Assembly: GCA_046483305.1 (NCBI GenBank)
Contig: JAWODM010000018.1
Span: forward strand, 28,360 to 92,359
Reading direction: 5' to 3'
From: Candidatus Krumholzibacteriales bacterium
GTDB taxonomy: Bacteria > Krumholzibacteriota > Krumholzibacteriia > Krumholzibacteriales > WJIX01
DNA length: 64,000 bases
Below, piece by piece: positions 45,807 through 55,859 of this stretch. Each line of letters begins with the position of its first letter. The stretch's first letter is position 1. The position numbers and the translations under genes were made by a program. Under the pieces are notes generated by a model. It was not told the origin of the DNA. It made no database searches and was given only the letters and a program-made list of their open reading frames with translations.

Positions 45807-46503
45807 TCAAATACAGCTGACAAGCCGCTTAGAGTCTTGCATGTGTTTTGCCAACCTTTCGTATTATTCAGGGTTATTGTAGCCCAGGCACGAATGGCGA
45901 CAAATGCGATTATAAAACATTCCGGTGTACATGAAAATATCTCTTTTTGCCTACTTCCTGGGTTTTATACTTTTCTGGATAATCAGATTCAATTTTCAAT
46001 GACCCGAAGAAACTCTCCATCACAGCATTATCCCAGCAGCCCTCCCTTCCGGCTCATACTGCAGAGCATACCGTGTTTTATGAGCTTCTCCTGGTACCTG
46101 TAACCGGCGTACTGTATGTACACACCCCTCTCTGAGTGTTGCAGAAGCCCTAGAGACGACCTTCTGGCCTCTATGGCCATATCCAGAGAATCTAATACAG
46201 GTTTTTCAGTCTACCGCCTGTTCATGGCCCAGCCCACGATGCGCCTCGAATACAGGTCCATCACCGTTACCAGGTATAACCACCTTCATCTGTTCGGATA
46301 TGGGTTATATCCAATATCCATATTCTGTCAGGTTCTTTAATCTCAAAACACCTTTTCAACAATAAATGCGCTACAGCGCAATCATGCCTTGAATCCGTCG
46401 TTCTCCGGAACTTTTTCCTGAACCTTGCCCTTATCCCGTTCTTCCTCATTAATCTCTCCACTCTCTTCGAGAGGCATAAATATAATAAGATCAGTCCACA
46501 CAC
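45807..46503 (-). mobile_element. IS3-family transposase (OrfB/integrase core) remnant, frameshifted and truncated
   Basis: Minus-strand fragments lie in shifting frames. They are KRVERLMRKNGIRARFRKKFRRTTDSRH...PDRIWILDITHIRTDEGG, LYLVTVMDLYSRRIVGWAMNRR-stop, QHSERGVYIQYAGYRYQEKLIKHGM, CWDNAVMESFFGSLKIE and DIFMYTGMFYNRICRHSCLGYNNPEYYE. No OrfA and no terminal repeats were seen. Confidence 0.7.
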
Positions 46504-46724
46504 TTCTCCTTAGTACATAAATCGGGTGCAGGTCAATTATCGTGGGCGAAATATCCAGGCACTTTCCCTCTCTTCTCAGCACTGCTCTTCCCGTGGATAC
46601 AATTAATTGAACCAATATTCTAAACATATGAACACGATATAGGTCAACTAAAAGAGGAGGTAGGTAATTGAAGGGTAAGCCGGTTAGGGTTAAAATTAAT
46701 ATTGGAATATATAATGAAAGGTTT

Positions 46725-47939
46725 ATGCGAATGAAGAATTTTAATCTCCTTTTTACGGTACTCTTTATCATCGGAATGTCATTTATCAGCTGCGGCGAAG
46801 ACGAAACCACGGGACCCGACTCCGGCGGAGACAACTTGTATGTGGAGATTGCCAGTCCCGCCGATGGCCAGACTTTCGTTGAAGGTGATACCATAAATTT
46901 CACAGGAAGTGGACTGAACCTGGAAGGCGGAGTCCTGGAAGACAGTATGCTGGTGTGGGTGTCGGACATTGATGACACCATAGGTATCGGGGGCTCTTTT
47001 ATCAGAGACGATCTTTCCATTAACCACCATATAATAACCCTTACCGGAACGGACAGTGAAGGAAAAACCGGATCTGAAAGTGTCGATATAACGATTACCA
47101 GAGATTATTACCGGCTGATAACCGTCTCCGCCACAGCAGGCTATCAGATGGGATGGGGAGGGATAAGCGACGATGAAATACCGGTCCACACGGTATCACT
47201 GGATTCGTTCCGAATCGGAAAATACGAAATAACCTACGGACTCTGGAAGGAGGTGATGGACTGGGCGGTATCCTCCGGCGGCTACACCTTTACCAATGAG
47301 GGGAGAACCGGAGGGTGTTATCCAGCTCCCTGCGTCAACACCGACCGGCATCCCGTTACAGAAATAGACTGGCGGGACTGTATCGCCTGGTGCAACGCCT
47401 ATTCGGAGATGGAAGGGTTGGAACCGGTATATTATACCTCCCCGGCTCAGACCGAAGTATACCGCAGCTCACTTCCCGTTTCCTATATATATAATGATTA
47501 CGTGGATTGGTCAGCAAACGGTTACAGACTCCCCACCGAAGCGGAATGGGAATATGCCGCCAGATACATAGACGGAACCATGATCTCTTCAGGAGGAAAG
47601 CACTCCGGATATAATATATATGTGAATATCGAGGACTGCGCCTGGTTTTACCAGAATTCAGTGTCCGGCACTCACCCGGTCGGAGAGCTCAAACCAAACA
47701 GTCTGGGAGCACACGATATGAGCGGGAACGTCTGGGAATTGTGCTGGGACATTTTCGGAGAATACCCCTCCATTTCCCAGGATAATCCTCACGGCCCGGA
47801 CGAGGGAACCGATAGGGTAATGCGGGGTGGCAGCTGGAACGGCTACGCCTCCTACTGTCAGACCTCGTACCGCAGAAGGATCAGGCCCAGAGACTCCTTT
47901 TACAATATCGGCTTCCGCGTCTGCAGAAACGTGGAATAG
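46725..47939 (+). CDS. lipoprotein with Ig-like domain and SUMF1/FGE-sulfatase (formylglycine-generating enzyme family) domain
   Basis: Lipobox MSFISCG after MRMKNFNLLFTVLF (ATG 46725 or 46731; ORF-track TTG at 46668). FGE-family blocks GYRLPTEAEWEYAAR, GNVWELCWD, RVMRGGSW. Confidence 0.8.
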   Translation: MRMKNFNLLFTVLFIIGMSFISCGEDETTGPDSGGDNLYVEIASPADGQTFVEGDTINFTGSGLNLEGGVLEDSMLVWVSDIDDTIGIGGSFIRDDLSINHHIITLTGTDSEGKTGSESVDITITRDYYRLITVSATAGYQMGWGGISDDEIPVHTVSLDSFRIGKYEITYGLWKEVMDWAVSSGGYTFTNEGRTGGCYPAPCVNTDRHPVTEIDWRDCIAWCNAYSEMEGLEPVYYTSPAQTEVYRSSLPVSYIYNDYVDWSANGYRLPTEAEWEYAARYIDGTMISSGGKHSGYNIYVNIEDCAWFYQNSVSGTHPVGELKPNSLGAHDMSGNVWELCWDIFGEYPSISQDNPHGPDEGTDRVMRGGSWNGYASYCQTSYRRRIRPRDSFYNIGFRVCRNVE

Positions 47940-48319
47940 TAGCGTCTTCCGTAAGAACACCTTTTCTTTATGAGTTGACGGCGCCCGGAACCCCATCCGG
48001 AATCGTACTCATCGTCCATCCTCCAATTAGAACAGCGGAGGTTCCGCTATCTTTATCCGACAGCCGCTTTGGTGACCCGTAATTTAATGGAGGTTCGGAC
48101 AAATGGTTGGCCACCGGGCACCTCACTCTTTATCGCTGCTATCAGCGGGGACTGAAAATCTCGATACCTGAAAAACAGGCAAAGTGGCAGCTGCCGCAAA
48201 TGACAACCTAATCCTGGTATGGCAACAAGGGTCCCCCCCGGTTAATCTCCTGGCGTCCCCGGGAGCTTCACCCCGGCAATGAAGTATATTGATATTTCTT
48301 CCGCCCGCCTTGAACCTCT

Positions 48320-49033
48320 TCAGGGATTTACTATCAATAACGGCGCTTCCGGGTTATTACCCGGTGGCAGTCTCTCCGTGGACATTTTCAGGTTCGGGAT
48401 ATCCTTCATCATAGACTGTTCCAGTTCCGACAGCCTCCTCCCCATTTCATCCTCATTCTTACGGCTGCATTTCAGTATCAACTCCGACCTGTCCGGGACC
48501 ATATTATGTCTTCTTCCTTCCTTCAGCCTCAATATCTCAGGATCCAAGAACGAGCCCCGGCCCTTTTTCCATCTTCCTTCCAATTCCATCGAAAACATTC
48601 CCTTTTGAGCGGCTGGCCGACCCCTCTTTAGAAATCTATTCATGCAGGGGGAGTCAGGCAAGATATACTCTGACTCGGCCTCAGCCCCACCCCAAAACCA
48701 ATTCTGCTTTAAGTACCAGGAACATGGCAGAAGGAAATCTTCTTATTCCTGAAATCGGGGTAACACGACAAAGAACAGCTTGAATGGTTCTGCAAACCCT
48801 CCCCTCCACACTTGCCTGGTCGAAGGAGAAAATCCAACTTTATATACTTCGTCGAGAATCTGACGGCTCAGGAGCGCTCCGCCTGCGTAATCAAATTGAA
48901 AGTTAATAATAACAGCGTGATCTATCAGATATCTTGCCGGCCGTACAGGTTTTATGAATAGAATTATAAAATTAACTGGAATTCTTTTAATAATACTCTC
49001 CTTACAAGAATAAAGAGCTACAGTACCCTTATC
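48320..49033 (-). pseudogene. unassigned open frame interrupted by one in-frame TAA (possible decayed gene)
   Basis: One minus-strand frame stays open from 49033 to 48320 except for TAA at 48743-48745. It reads ...ARYLIDHAVIINFQFDYAGGALLSRQILDEVYKVGFSPSTRQVW...PRFQE-stop-EDFLLPCSWYLKQNW...GRGSFLDPEILRLKEG...LSELEQSMMKD. There is no ATG in the upstream part and no family was recognised. Confidence 0.25.
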
Positions 49034-49052
49034 TCATCAATCCACCAAATAA

Positions 49053-49604
49053 CTAGAAATCCACTGCTGCCGGCCTGCCTTCCGGGCTCCAGAAAAGCCC
49101 ATGTTCAAAACTGCATATTTCCATATGCTCTGGGCTGACTTTGATCAGTACATAATTCCTGTCGAAATCTGGATAGAATTTGGTCCATCCATCCCGCCAG
49201 TATTTCTTCTTAATTCCCGGTTCATCAATAAGCTCAGCCTTTCCGGCCACAGAAACGTAGCTTCTGCCGTCACTATCGTAATAATAAACCATGACATTGG
49301 GATTATTCTTCAGCTGCTTCACTTTGCGGCTGGCCGGATTGGTGCCAAGAAAGATCGTAAAATCCTCTTCCGGGGGGAAGGGCGACATGGCCCTTGCCTG
49401 CGGTCTATGGTCTTCATCAACCGTAATAATAGTGCGGCATTCAGCTGAATCGATGATGGTACGGGCCAGACTCAACAAGCTGTCCCTTGCCAGCTCCTGT
49501 TCCTTGAAATAATTTGCTTCCCGGGCTTTCAATGCAAAACCCGTATCCAGCAGCGAAATAACTGTCATACAAACAATGAAAAGGATTGGTTTGATCTTCA
49601 TCAT
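49053..49604 (-). CDS. pyridoxamine 5'-phosphate oxidase-like (general stress protein 26-type) FMN-binding protein with signal peptide
   Basis: 183 aa. N-terminal hydrophobic leader. PNPOx-like split-barrel pattern (ITVDEDHRPQARAM...NPNVMVYYYDSDGRSYVSVAGKAELIDEP...YWRDGWTKFYP). Confidence 0.6.
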   Translation of the reverse strand: MMKIKPILFIVCMTVISLLDTGFALKAREANYFKEQELARDSLLSLARTIIDSAECRTIITVDEDHRPQARAMSPFPPEEDFTIFLGTNPASRKVKQLKNNPNVMVYYYDSDGRSYVSVAGKAELIDEPGIKKKYWRDGWTKFYPDFDRNYVLIKVSPEHMEICSFEHGLFWSPEGRPAAVDF

Positions 49605-50396
49605 TATCTCCTGTTTTAAACAGATTACAATGAATTGATATTTTACCTGTTATCAACTAAAGGCACAAAGCTTTCATTCGCCAGTATCTTAAGATCAGCC
49701 AGCGTCAGCTCATGCAACCTGAGCGGCATCTTCTATAAGAGGCGGCTTCAGCCTTGCAAGAGCAACTCCCCTGGCTTTATCCCATTCAGTGCATTGAGTA
49801 AGATCCTCTTGAGCCCGGAATTCCCATTCCTTTTCTTCAGTTTAAACTCGGGGATCTTCATCTTTTTCATAATTTATCAAAACCCTTCCGGTCGTTCCCG
49901 GTCACCTCGCTGGCTGATATAACCCTGATAAGTTTTCCTCTTATCTTGAAAGCAACGGATAGTTTTCTTTTTGTATCAGTAATGCCCAATGCATAATATC
50001 GCTTTTCTCGTATCGAATGTTTTTCGCCCAGGCCGGATATCATAGGACTATCAAAAGGCTCGTTAATAGTTTGAGCATCTGTTTTGTTCCCTTATATTAT
50101 TTATTGATACGATGTATAATAATACAGCTCCCGGTTGGTCCGCCGGAAACTGTATCGAATGATGAATTTGATATATATTATTTTATTGAAAGGCATCCTG
50201 TGAATAACTTCGAAGGTTTCAGCCCGGCCGAGATGCACCGGTTGCTGTATTACCCTTTCAAGTCTGAAGGGTCTCCTCTCAGGCTATGCGCTGATATTGA
50301 ATCCCGGAAACTTGAAAATTCAAAATTCTTCAGAGATATAATTGTGGCGGCCTCAGGGAGCGCTGCCTGGATATACTTTGCATTGAAAACAAAACC

Positions 50397-51656
50397 CTAA
50401 AAACTGTACTTAAATTTAAAATATCCCATGTCATTATCACTATACTGGCCAAATTGGCCCTCGTCACCAACGAACAGGTTGGCTCCCAGCAGTACTTCGA
50501 AACCATCGGCCATATCGTAATAGATACGCGGACGAATTAAAGCATCATTATTGTTCAAACCGATATATGAAAACAATTCCAGTGTCAGTGTTTCGCGCAT
50601 GAAATCACGCCGGGCACGCAGGGTTGCCGTGTTATTGAATTCATCATTCCTGATGCCCGGATGGTAATCCATTATGGCCTGCTGAATAAACTGGCCGCTC
50701 AGATCAATGTCCCATAAGCTGTAATCGAGACCCAGCAGATAGTGAATATAATTTTTTTCCACTTCAGCATCGGCGGTATTGAAGTATTTCCCGGAATACC
50801 ATGCTCCCTCACCCCGAAATACAACGGGCCCCAGCGTGGTACTGAAACTGCCGCCCGCGATACCAAGGCGATGATGTTCCGGGGTTACCGTTAACGAAAG
50901 GATCTCCCTGCTTTCCGGATCAACGGATCTGCTGATATGCATGGTGGGGTCATCATCCCAGGCATAACCGGCCATAATTTCAAAATCGATGGCCGATGTC
51001 ATAGCCGAATATTTGGCGAAAAATTCACTGTTCTTCAGAGAACCTTCAACCTCCCTGCGTGAATAATCATACCGGGGCGGTACAGGATAATCTATTTGCG
51101 GCCGCCAGATCGATTCTTCTTCCGGATATAGTGTCGGTGTAAACACAGGCAGCCAGACCGCCTCCAGATTATGATCACCAAGATAATAATCGAACTTAAA
51201 TGCGGTAACGCCGATACGTATTTCTTCGAAATCCGGCAGCAGAAATTCACGCAGGTCCTTAGGCGAAATGATATCCGTGATAAATACCCCCTCTGCCTTA
51301 CCCCAGATGATCTGTTGTTTGCCGATGCGCAGATCCACCTTATCGAAATAAACATCCATGTAAACTTCCCGAAGATCGATTTCCAGTTCGGAATCAGAAT
51401 AATGATAAAGATATGGATTGGCCTTAAAGGCGATCTTGCCTTTTCTATGCTCCAGGTCGAGATTCAAGGTATTCTGAATGATCGAATACTCGTTTTCTTC
51501 GTTCATCAATATCCCCGTATAGTTGCGGACATAGCCATTAAGAGAAACTCCCCGCGCGAAAGCCATATTCACACTGCCCGAAACTAACAATCCAGCCAGG
51601 AATAATAGCCGCAGGAATGCTGCGCTCAGTTTATTGCCTCTAAGAGAAAATCTCAT
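50397..51656 (-). CDS. DUF1302-family outer-membrane beta-barrel protein
   Basis: 419 aa. Signal peptide. Hallmark LREVYMDVYFDKVDLRIGKQQIIWGKAEGVFITDIISPKD. C-terminal ...GYFKFKYSF. ATGA overlap with the upstream gene. Confidence 0.7.
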   Translation of the reverse strand: MRFSLRGNKLSAAFLRLLFLAGLLVSGSVNMAFARGVSLNGYVRNYTGILMNEENEYSIIQNTLNLDLEHRKGKIAFKANPYLYHYSDSELEIDLREVYMDVYFDKVDLRIGKQQIIWGKAEGVFITDIISPKDLREFLLPDFEEIRIGVTAFKFDYYLGDHNLEAVWLPVFTPTLYPEEESIWRPQIDYPVPPRYDYSRREVEGSLKNSEFFAKYSAMTSAIDFEIMAGYAWDDDPTMHISRSVDPESREILSLTVTPEHHRLGIAGGSFSTTLGPVVFRGEGAWYSGKYFNTADAEVEKNYIHYLLGLDYSLWDIDLSGQFIQQAIMDYHPGIRNDEFNNTATLRARRDFMRETLTLELFSYIGLNNNDALIRPRIYYDMADGFEVLLGANLFVGDEGQFGQYSDNDMGYFKFKYSF

Positions 51657-52441
51657 CTCAGCCCGCGTTTCATCATCCGTTCGGTAAATTTGCTGTCTGA
51701 AATACCGATGTCTACTTTTACGTCTTCCAGTAACATGTCGGTAGTGTGGTTTTTCTGCACGTTGTGCATCTGGCTGTGGGTGATAATCCAGTAATCCTTG
51801 ATCTTTTCATATTTCTTAACTTTCAACCTTTTTAAATGATCTTCGTCTTCATCGTAGAATTCTTTTTTCAGTCCGATCCATTTGTCCTTTATTACCCAGG
51901 TTACGGTCCTCGAATACATGTATTCTTCCTCTCTGGGAATGCTTTCCACGACATAACAGTCTTCGCCGTTGAACTCCTCTTCCCGAAGCAGTTTGTGCTT
52001 ATCTTCGGAGGGGTGCCGGTCACCAAGGTCATCGTAGGTAAAATCCGATCCCATAAAGTAGTCGCTTTTGCTGTCGCTGGAAATCCGTTTTACTCTTTTC
52101 AATGCCGGCAGGTAGATCCATTGGTCGTCGTCTCTGCCCTTTTCGTCGTAACTCCAGTTCATGAAGGATGTATTCCGTACATCTGCCGGGGAGAGAAAGA
52201 ACATGATCTTCTTTTCTTCCTTTCCGAAATCCTTTATAAACTGCTTGATTTCACGAACACGGGTATCCCCCTGAGAGTTGATAAGCGTCATGGTCAACAG
52301 ACCCTCCTGGTCTTCCCCGGTGGGACGATAGTAAACGCTCCGGATAATGTCGAGTCCGGCCGGGTCATCCTGACCATAGATCAGAATGGATACCGCCATA
52401 AGAAGTAAAAACAAACCGGCGTAGATAATTCCTCTCTTCAT
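51653..52441 (-). CDS. LolA-like outer-membrane lipoprotein-sorting family protein
   Basis: Start at MKRGIIYAGLFLLLMAV (ATG 52441). Family pattern MFFLSPADVRNTSFM...DDQWIYLPALKRVKRISSDSKSDYFMGSDFTYDDL. Confidence 0.75.
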   Translation of the reverse strand: MKRGIIYAGLFLLLMAVSILIYGQDDPAGLDIIRSVYYRPTGEDQEGLLTMTLINSQGDTRVREIKQFIKDFGKEEKKIMFFLSPADVRNTSFMNWSYDEKGRDDDQWIYLPALKRVKRISSDSKSDYFMGSDFTYDDLGDRHPSEDKHKLLREEEFNGEDCYVVESIPREEEYMYSRTVTWVIKDKWIGLKKEFYDEDEDHLKRLKVKKYEKIKDYWIITHSQMHNVQKNHTTDMLLEDVKVDIGISDSKFTERMMKRGLR

Positions 52442-52443
52442 AG

Positions 52444-52656
52444 TCACACTCCTTTGCCAATGACATCTTTGATAATAAGCGGAATGTTGATCGCAGTGAA
52501 AGAAAATCTCTTCCATTCATTCCGCCCGTTCGTTTTGCCGCCTTTGACTTCGATTACGTTCCCGTCCAACTCGGAGTTTGACTCCAGCAGGGCTGCCCAA
52601 CTCAAGGCAATAAGAATGAGCAGGATTGAAACACTTCCCGGGTCAGCAAAATTCAT
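52444..52656 (-). CDS. small single-pass membrane protein, unknown
   Basis: 70 codons from ATG 52656 (MNFADPGSVSILLILIALSWAALL...). It fits exactly between the MMPL stop (52667) and the LolA-like start (52441; 2-nt gap). The SD is weak. Confidence 0.4.
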   Translation of the reverse strand: MNFADPGSVSILLILIALSWAALLESNSELDGNVIEVKGGKTNGRNEWKRFSFTAINIPLIIKDVIGKGV

Positions 52657-52666
52657 AAAATCGCTC

Positions 52667-54958
52667 TTACGCTTTCTTCTTAAAGTAAACATTAAATAAA
52701 ACGAGCAGCAGATACATGATCGTCACCGTACCGAGAAAACTTGTGAACATATTCATGGAGACCAAAGCCCCCAGAGCCCGGTTCGGCGGAAACACGGAAG
52801 CCAGCAGCACCAGGAAACCGGCAATAACCACGATTGCGTTAAAGGCAATTGCCCTTCCGGAATGCTGCATGGTTTTACGCCCTGCGAGTCTCCTGTCTCC
52901 CGTTTCGTCGGCATAAATCTTATAGCGTTCGATGAAATGCACAGCGTAGTCAATGCCGATTCCGATCGCGATGCTCGAGAGCAGCGCCGTAGTGGTACTC
53001 AGAGGTATGCCGAGTAATCCCATTACACCGAAACTGATAATGGCGGTAATCGAGATCGGAACTGCGCCAATAATACCCGCGCTAATCTTGCGGAACATCA
53101 GGGAAAGCAGAATGATCACAATGATCAGCGACAATACCAGGCTTTTGATCTGCCCTTCCAGGATAAGATCGGTAAAAACAAGCCCCTTGTAACCCGATCC
53201 GGCGTAGTTAACCGTAAGGCCCAGGTCTTTCAGCTCCGGGATGTGCTCTTCAATTCTTGCTATGGCACTGTTCAGGGCGATTGAATTGTCGCTTTTCAAC
53301 TGGAAGGTCAGATTTGCTTTCCTGTAATTGTAATCAACTACCTCCCAGAGGTTCTCGGGATCGCCGGACATTTCATACAGCAACAGGTACTGCGCTACCA
53401 GTTCCCTGGATGAGGGAATGACATTGAACCGGGCGCTGTCGGCGTGCATCACTTTATTCATCCTCTTCATATAATCGGTCAGAGCAAAGGAATTTCCCAC
53501 TACCGGAAAGGACCCGACCACATCCGTTTGAAGGCTGTCTATAGCCCTGAGAATCTCCGGGTGCTTAAACGCATCTTTTTTCTCAGAATCCAGGATCACG
53601 TTCAGCGTTGACGTGCCGCCGAAATTCTCGTTAATAAAAGCGTCGGTCAAAACGATTTCGCTGTCCTCTTCGAACTTATCCAGAAAACTTGAATTTATCC
53701 ATACCTGCGTTGTCCCCAGAATGGAGAGCACTACAACGGCGATCGTGACAAACATCGTTGCATATTTATGCTTTACAACCATCCCCGCCAGGGCATTAAG
53801 TAATTTATTTTCATTATCCCCGCCTGCTTCGCCTTTTTCCTTCCAGCCCGGCAAACCGAAAACCATCAATCCGGCCGGAACCAACAGCAGGGAAAAAACC
53901 ATGGCCATCAATACTCCGAAGGCGGTAAAGAGCCCGAAGTATTTGATCGGATAAACTTCGGAGGTGAGCAGCGAAATAAAGCCTACTGCGGTTGTTACAG
54001 ATGTCATCACTACAGGCTTCCACATCTCCCTGATCATATCACGGGTGGCTGTTTTTCTGCCGGCTCCGGGATTCTCTTTCATAAAGATATGCAAATGGCC
54101 GTACAAATGTATGCCGTCTGCCACACCGATGGCGATAAGCATCACCGGAATCATCGTCGAAACCGCATATATCGGCACACTCAGCAGGGCCATCAGGCCA
54201 AATGCCCATACCACGCTGAAGAGCACAACCAGCAGGGTAAAAAGGCCTGCTTTGAAACTGCGCTGAACCATAAGTAAAACAATTATGATTACGGCAATAA
54301 CGATGGGAACCATCCGTTTCATATCCCGAGGGCCGAGATAGGCCATGGTCCCTTCCACAATCGGACGGCCGGCCACATACAATTTTTCCGGCCCCTCATA
54401 TTTTTCAGCCAGATCCAGCAGCCGGTGATAGAATTCCTGCGTAAAAACATCATCCTTGATTTCCGCGATGATCACCGTAACAGTCTCATCGGTATTGACC
54501 AGCCGGCCGAAAATCATTTCATTGGTACGCACATCCTGCTGCAAGTCAGTAAGCTTTTCCTCTGTTTTCGGAACCTTTTTGTAGAACTGTTCTACGTCCA
54601 GTCCCGACTCGCTGCCTGTAATATTATCTGCCGTGTAAAGAGAGGTTACGTCATCTTTTTCGATCTCGGCCATCTTCTGCAATTCCCTGGTCAGGTCTTT
54701 GATCTTCTGCAGGGTGGCGCTTTGATAGATACCTTTCTTATTTTCGACGGCGATGATAACTCCATCCTGAATATTGAACCATTCTTCCGCCTGGTTGCTG
54801 TAAACAAAAGCGGGATGTTCCTGGGGCATATAATCATCAAGGTCCGTTTCCATCCGGGAATTCTGCTTCATAACCACAAAAAACAGTATGGAAATAATAA
54901 GGGTCATCCCAAGTATGATTTTGGGATATTTGAGAATTTTATAAATTATTTTTAACAT
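52667..54958 (-). CDS. MMPL/RND-superfamily transporter (12 TM, two periplasmic loops)
   Basis: 763 aa. Duplicated 1+5 TM topology with large loops. Motifs such as AIGVADGIHL and AIGIGIDYAVHF are typical of MMPL/HpnN-like exporters. Confidence 0.85.
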   Translation of the reverse strand: MLKIIYKILKYPKIILGMTLIISILFFVVMKQNSRMETDLDDYMPQEHPAFVYSNQAEEWFNIQDGVIIAVENKKGIYQSATLQKIKDLTRELQKMAEIEKDDVTSLYTADNITGSESGLDVEQFYKKVPKTEEKLTDLQQDVRTNEMIFGRLVNTDETVTVIIAEIKDDVFTQEFYHRLLDLAEKYEGPEKLYVAGRPIVEGTMAYLGPRDMKRMVPIVIAVIIIVLLMVQRSFKAGLFTLLVVLFSVVWAFGLMALLSVPIYAVSTMIPVMLIAIGVADGIHLYGHLHIFMKENPGAGRKTATRDMIREMWKPVVMTSVTTAVGFISLLTSEVYPIKYFGLFTAFGVLMAMVFSLLLVPAGLMVFGLPGWKEKGEAGGDNENKLLNALAGMVVKHKYATMFVTIAVVVLSILGTTQVWINSSFLDKFEEDSEIVLTDAFINENFGGTSTLNVILDSEKKDAFKHPEILRAIDSLQTDVVGSFPVVGNSFALTDYMKRMNKVMHADSARFNVIPSSRELVAQYLLLYEMSGDPENLWEVVDYNYRKANLTFQLKSDNSIALNSAIARIEEHIPELKDLGLTVNYAGSGYKGLVFTDLILEGQIKSLVLSLIIVIILLSLMFRKISAGIIGAVPISITAIISFGVMGLLGIPLSTTTALLSSIAIGIGIDYAVHFIERYKIYADETGDRRLAGRKTMQHSGRAIAFNAIVVIAGFLVLLASVFPPNRALGALVSMNMFTSFLGTVTIMYLLLVLFNVYFKKKA

Positions 54959-55006
54959 GGGCCCCTTGCTCCAGTAAAAATTCTCTCACTTCTGATTCAA
55001 AAATAA

Positions 55007-55591
55007 TTATTTGGTTACAATCTCTCTTATGGTTTCCCATAACCGGTCTCCCTCTTCGATCAAATCAAACTTATATCCGGATAGCCGCCATTGCGTTACG
55101 AGAAGACGCAGGGCGCCTGTAATCAATAGCGACAATTGCATCGCGGAAATATCCCTGCGGATCTGCCCGCCTTCCTGTCCTTCACGAATAGTATCCCGGA
55201 TCAATCCCTGATTTTCCTTCATAATTTTATAAACCATATCGGACAGGCGCTTATCGTCCTGAAAGATCTCTTCTGAAAAAACCACCGCGGCGGTAGCCGG
55301 ATTTTCTGTAAAGTTATTAAAGTGTTCTGTGAACAGACATCGAAGCTTAATAACCGGGTCATCGGTATCTGAAGAAACCAGGGCATTCATTACAGACTTT
55401 TTATTCTCTTGAAAGCGCGTCAGGATGCCAAGCAGGATATCGATCTTGCTGTCGAAATGACGGTATATGGCACCCTCGGCCACGCCAATCTTATTGGCCA
55501 TATTCTTAATGGTTAATTTCTGAATACCTTTTTCGGCTATCAGTTCGACGGCCGCATTAATGATTTCTATCTGCCTGCCGGTAAAGTTCAT
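55007..55591 (-). CDS. TetR/AcrR-family transcriptional regulator
   Basis: 194 aa. N-terminal HTH RQIEIINAAVELIAEKGIQKLTIKNMANKIGVAEGAIYRHF. Confidence 0.9.
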   Translation of the reverse strand: MNFTGRQIEIINAAVELIAEKGIQKLTIKNMANKIGVAEGAIYRHFDSKIDILLGILTRFQENKKSVMNALVSSDTDDPVIKLRCLFTEHFNNFTENPATAAVVFSEEIFQDDKRLSDMVYKIMKENQGLIRDTIREGQEGGQIRRDISAMQLSLLITGALRLLVTQWRLSGYKFDLIEEGDRLWETIREIVTK

Positions 55592-55859
55592 CTTTCATTC
55601 CTTGTGTAAGTGAGCGTTCACTCACATTATATTAATTGTTTATTTCCCTGTCAAGCAGTATTCTGATCTTGAATTTCACCGCGGAGAAAAAAGAGCGATT
55701 CCAATCTTTATCGAGGGGCTGAATATTTCTCATGTCTGACGGCCAAGCTCAGCGGAATTGCCGCACGGTCAGCGCCTTCTCAGCCATTCTTCATACCTCT
55801 GGCTACCGCAAATGCGCCTTTGCCAGAACCATTCATAATCATCTCTTCACTCTCTCCGG

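Noticed and set aside
50017-50400. 127-aa plus-strand ORF with a SEC-C-protein-like N-terminal segment (FSPAEMHRLLYYPF)
   Set aside because: If real, it is only a short truncated fragment. It runs into the convergent DUF1302 gene end and has no SD. It is mentioned under the decay cluster but not called.
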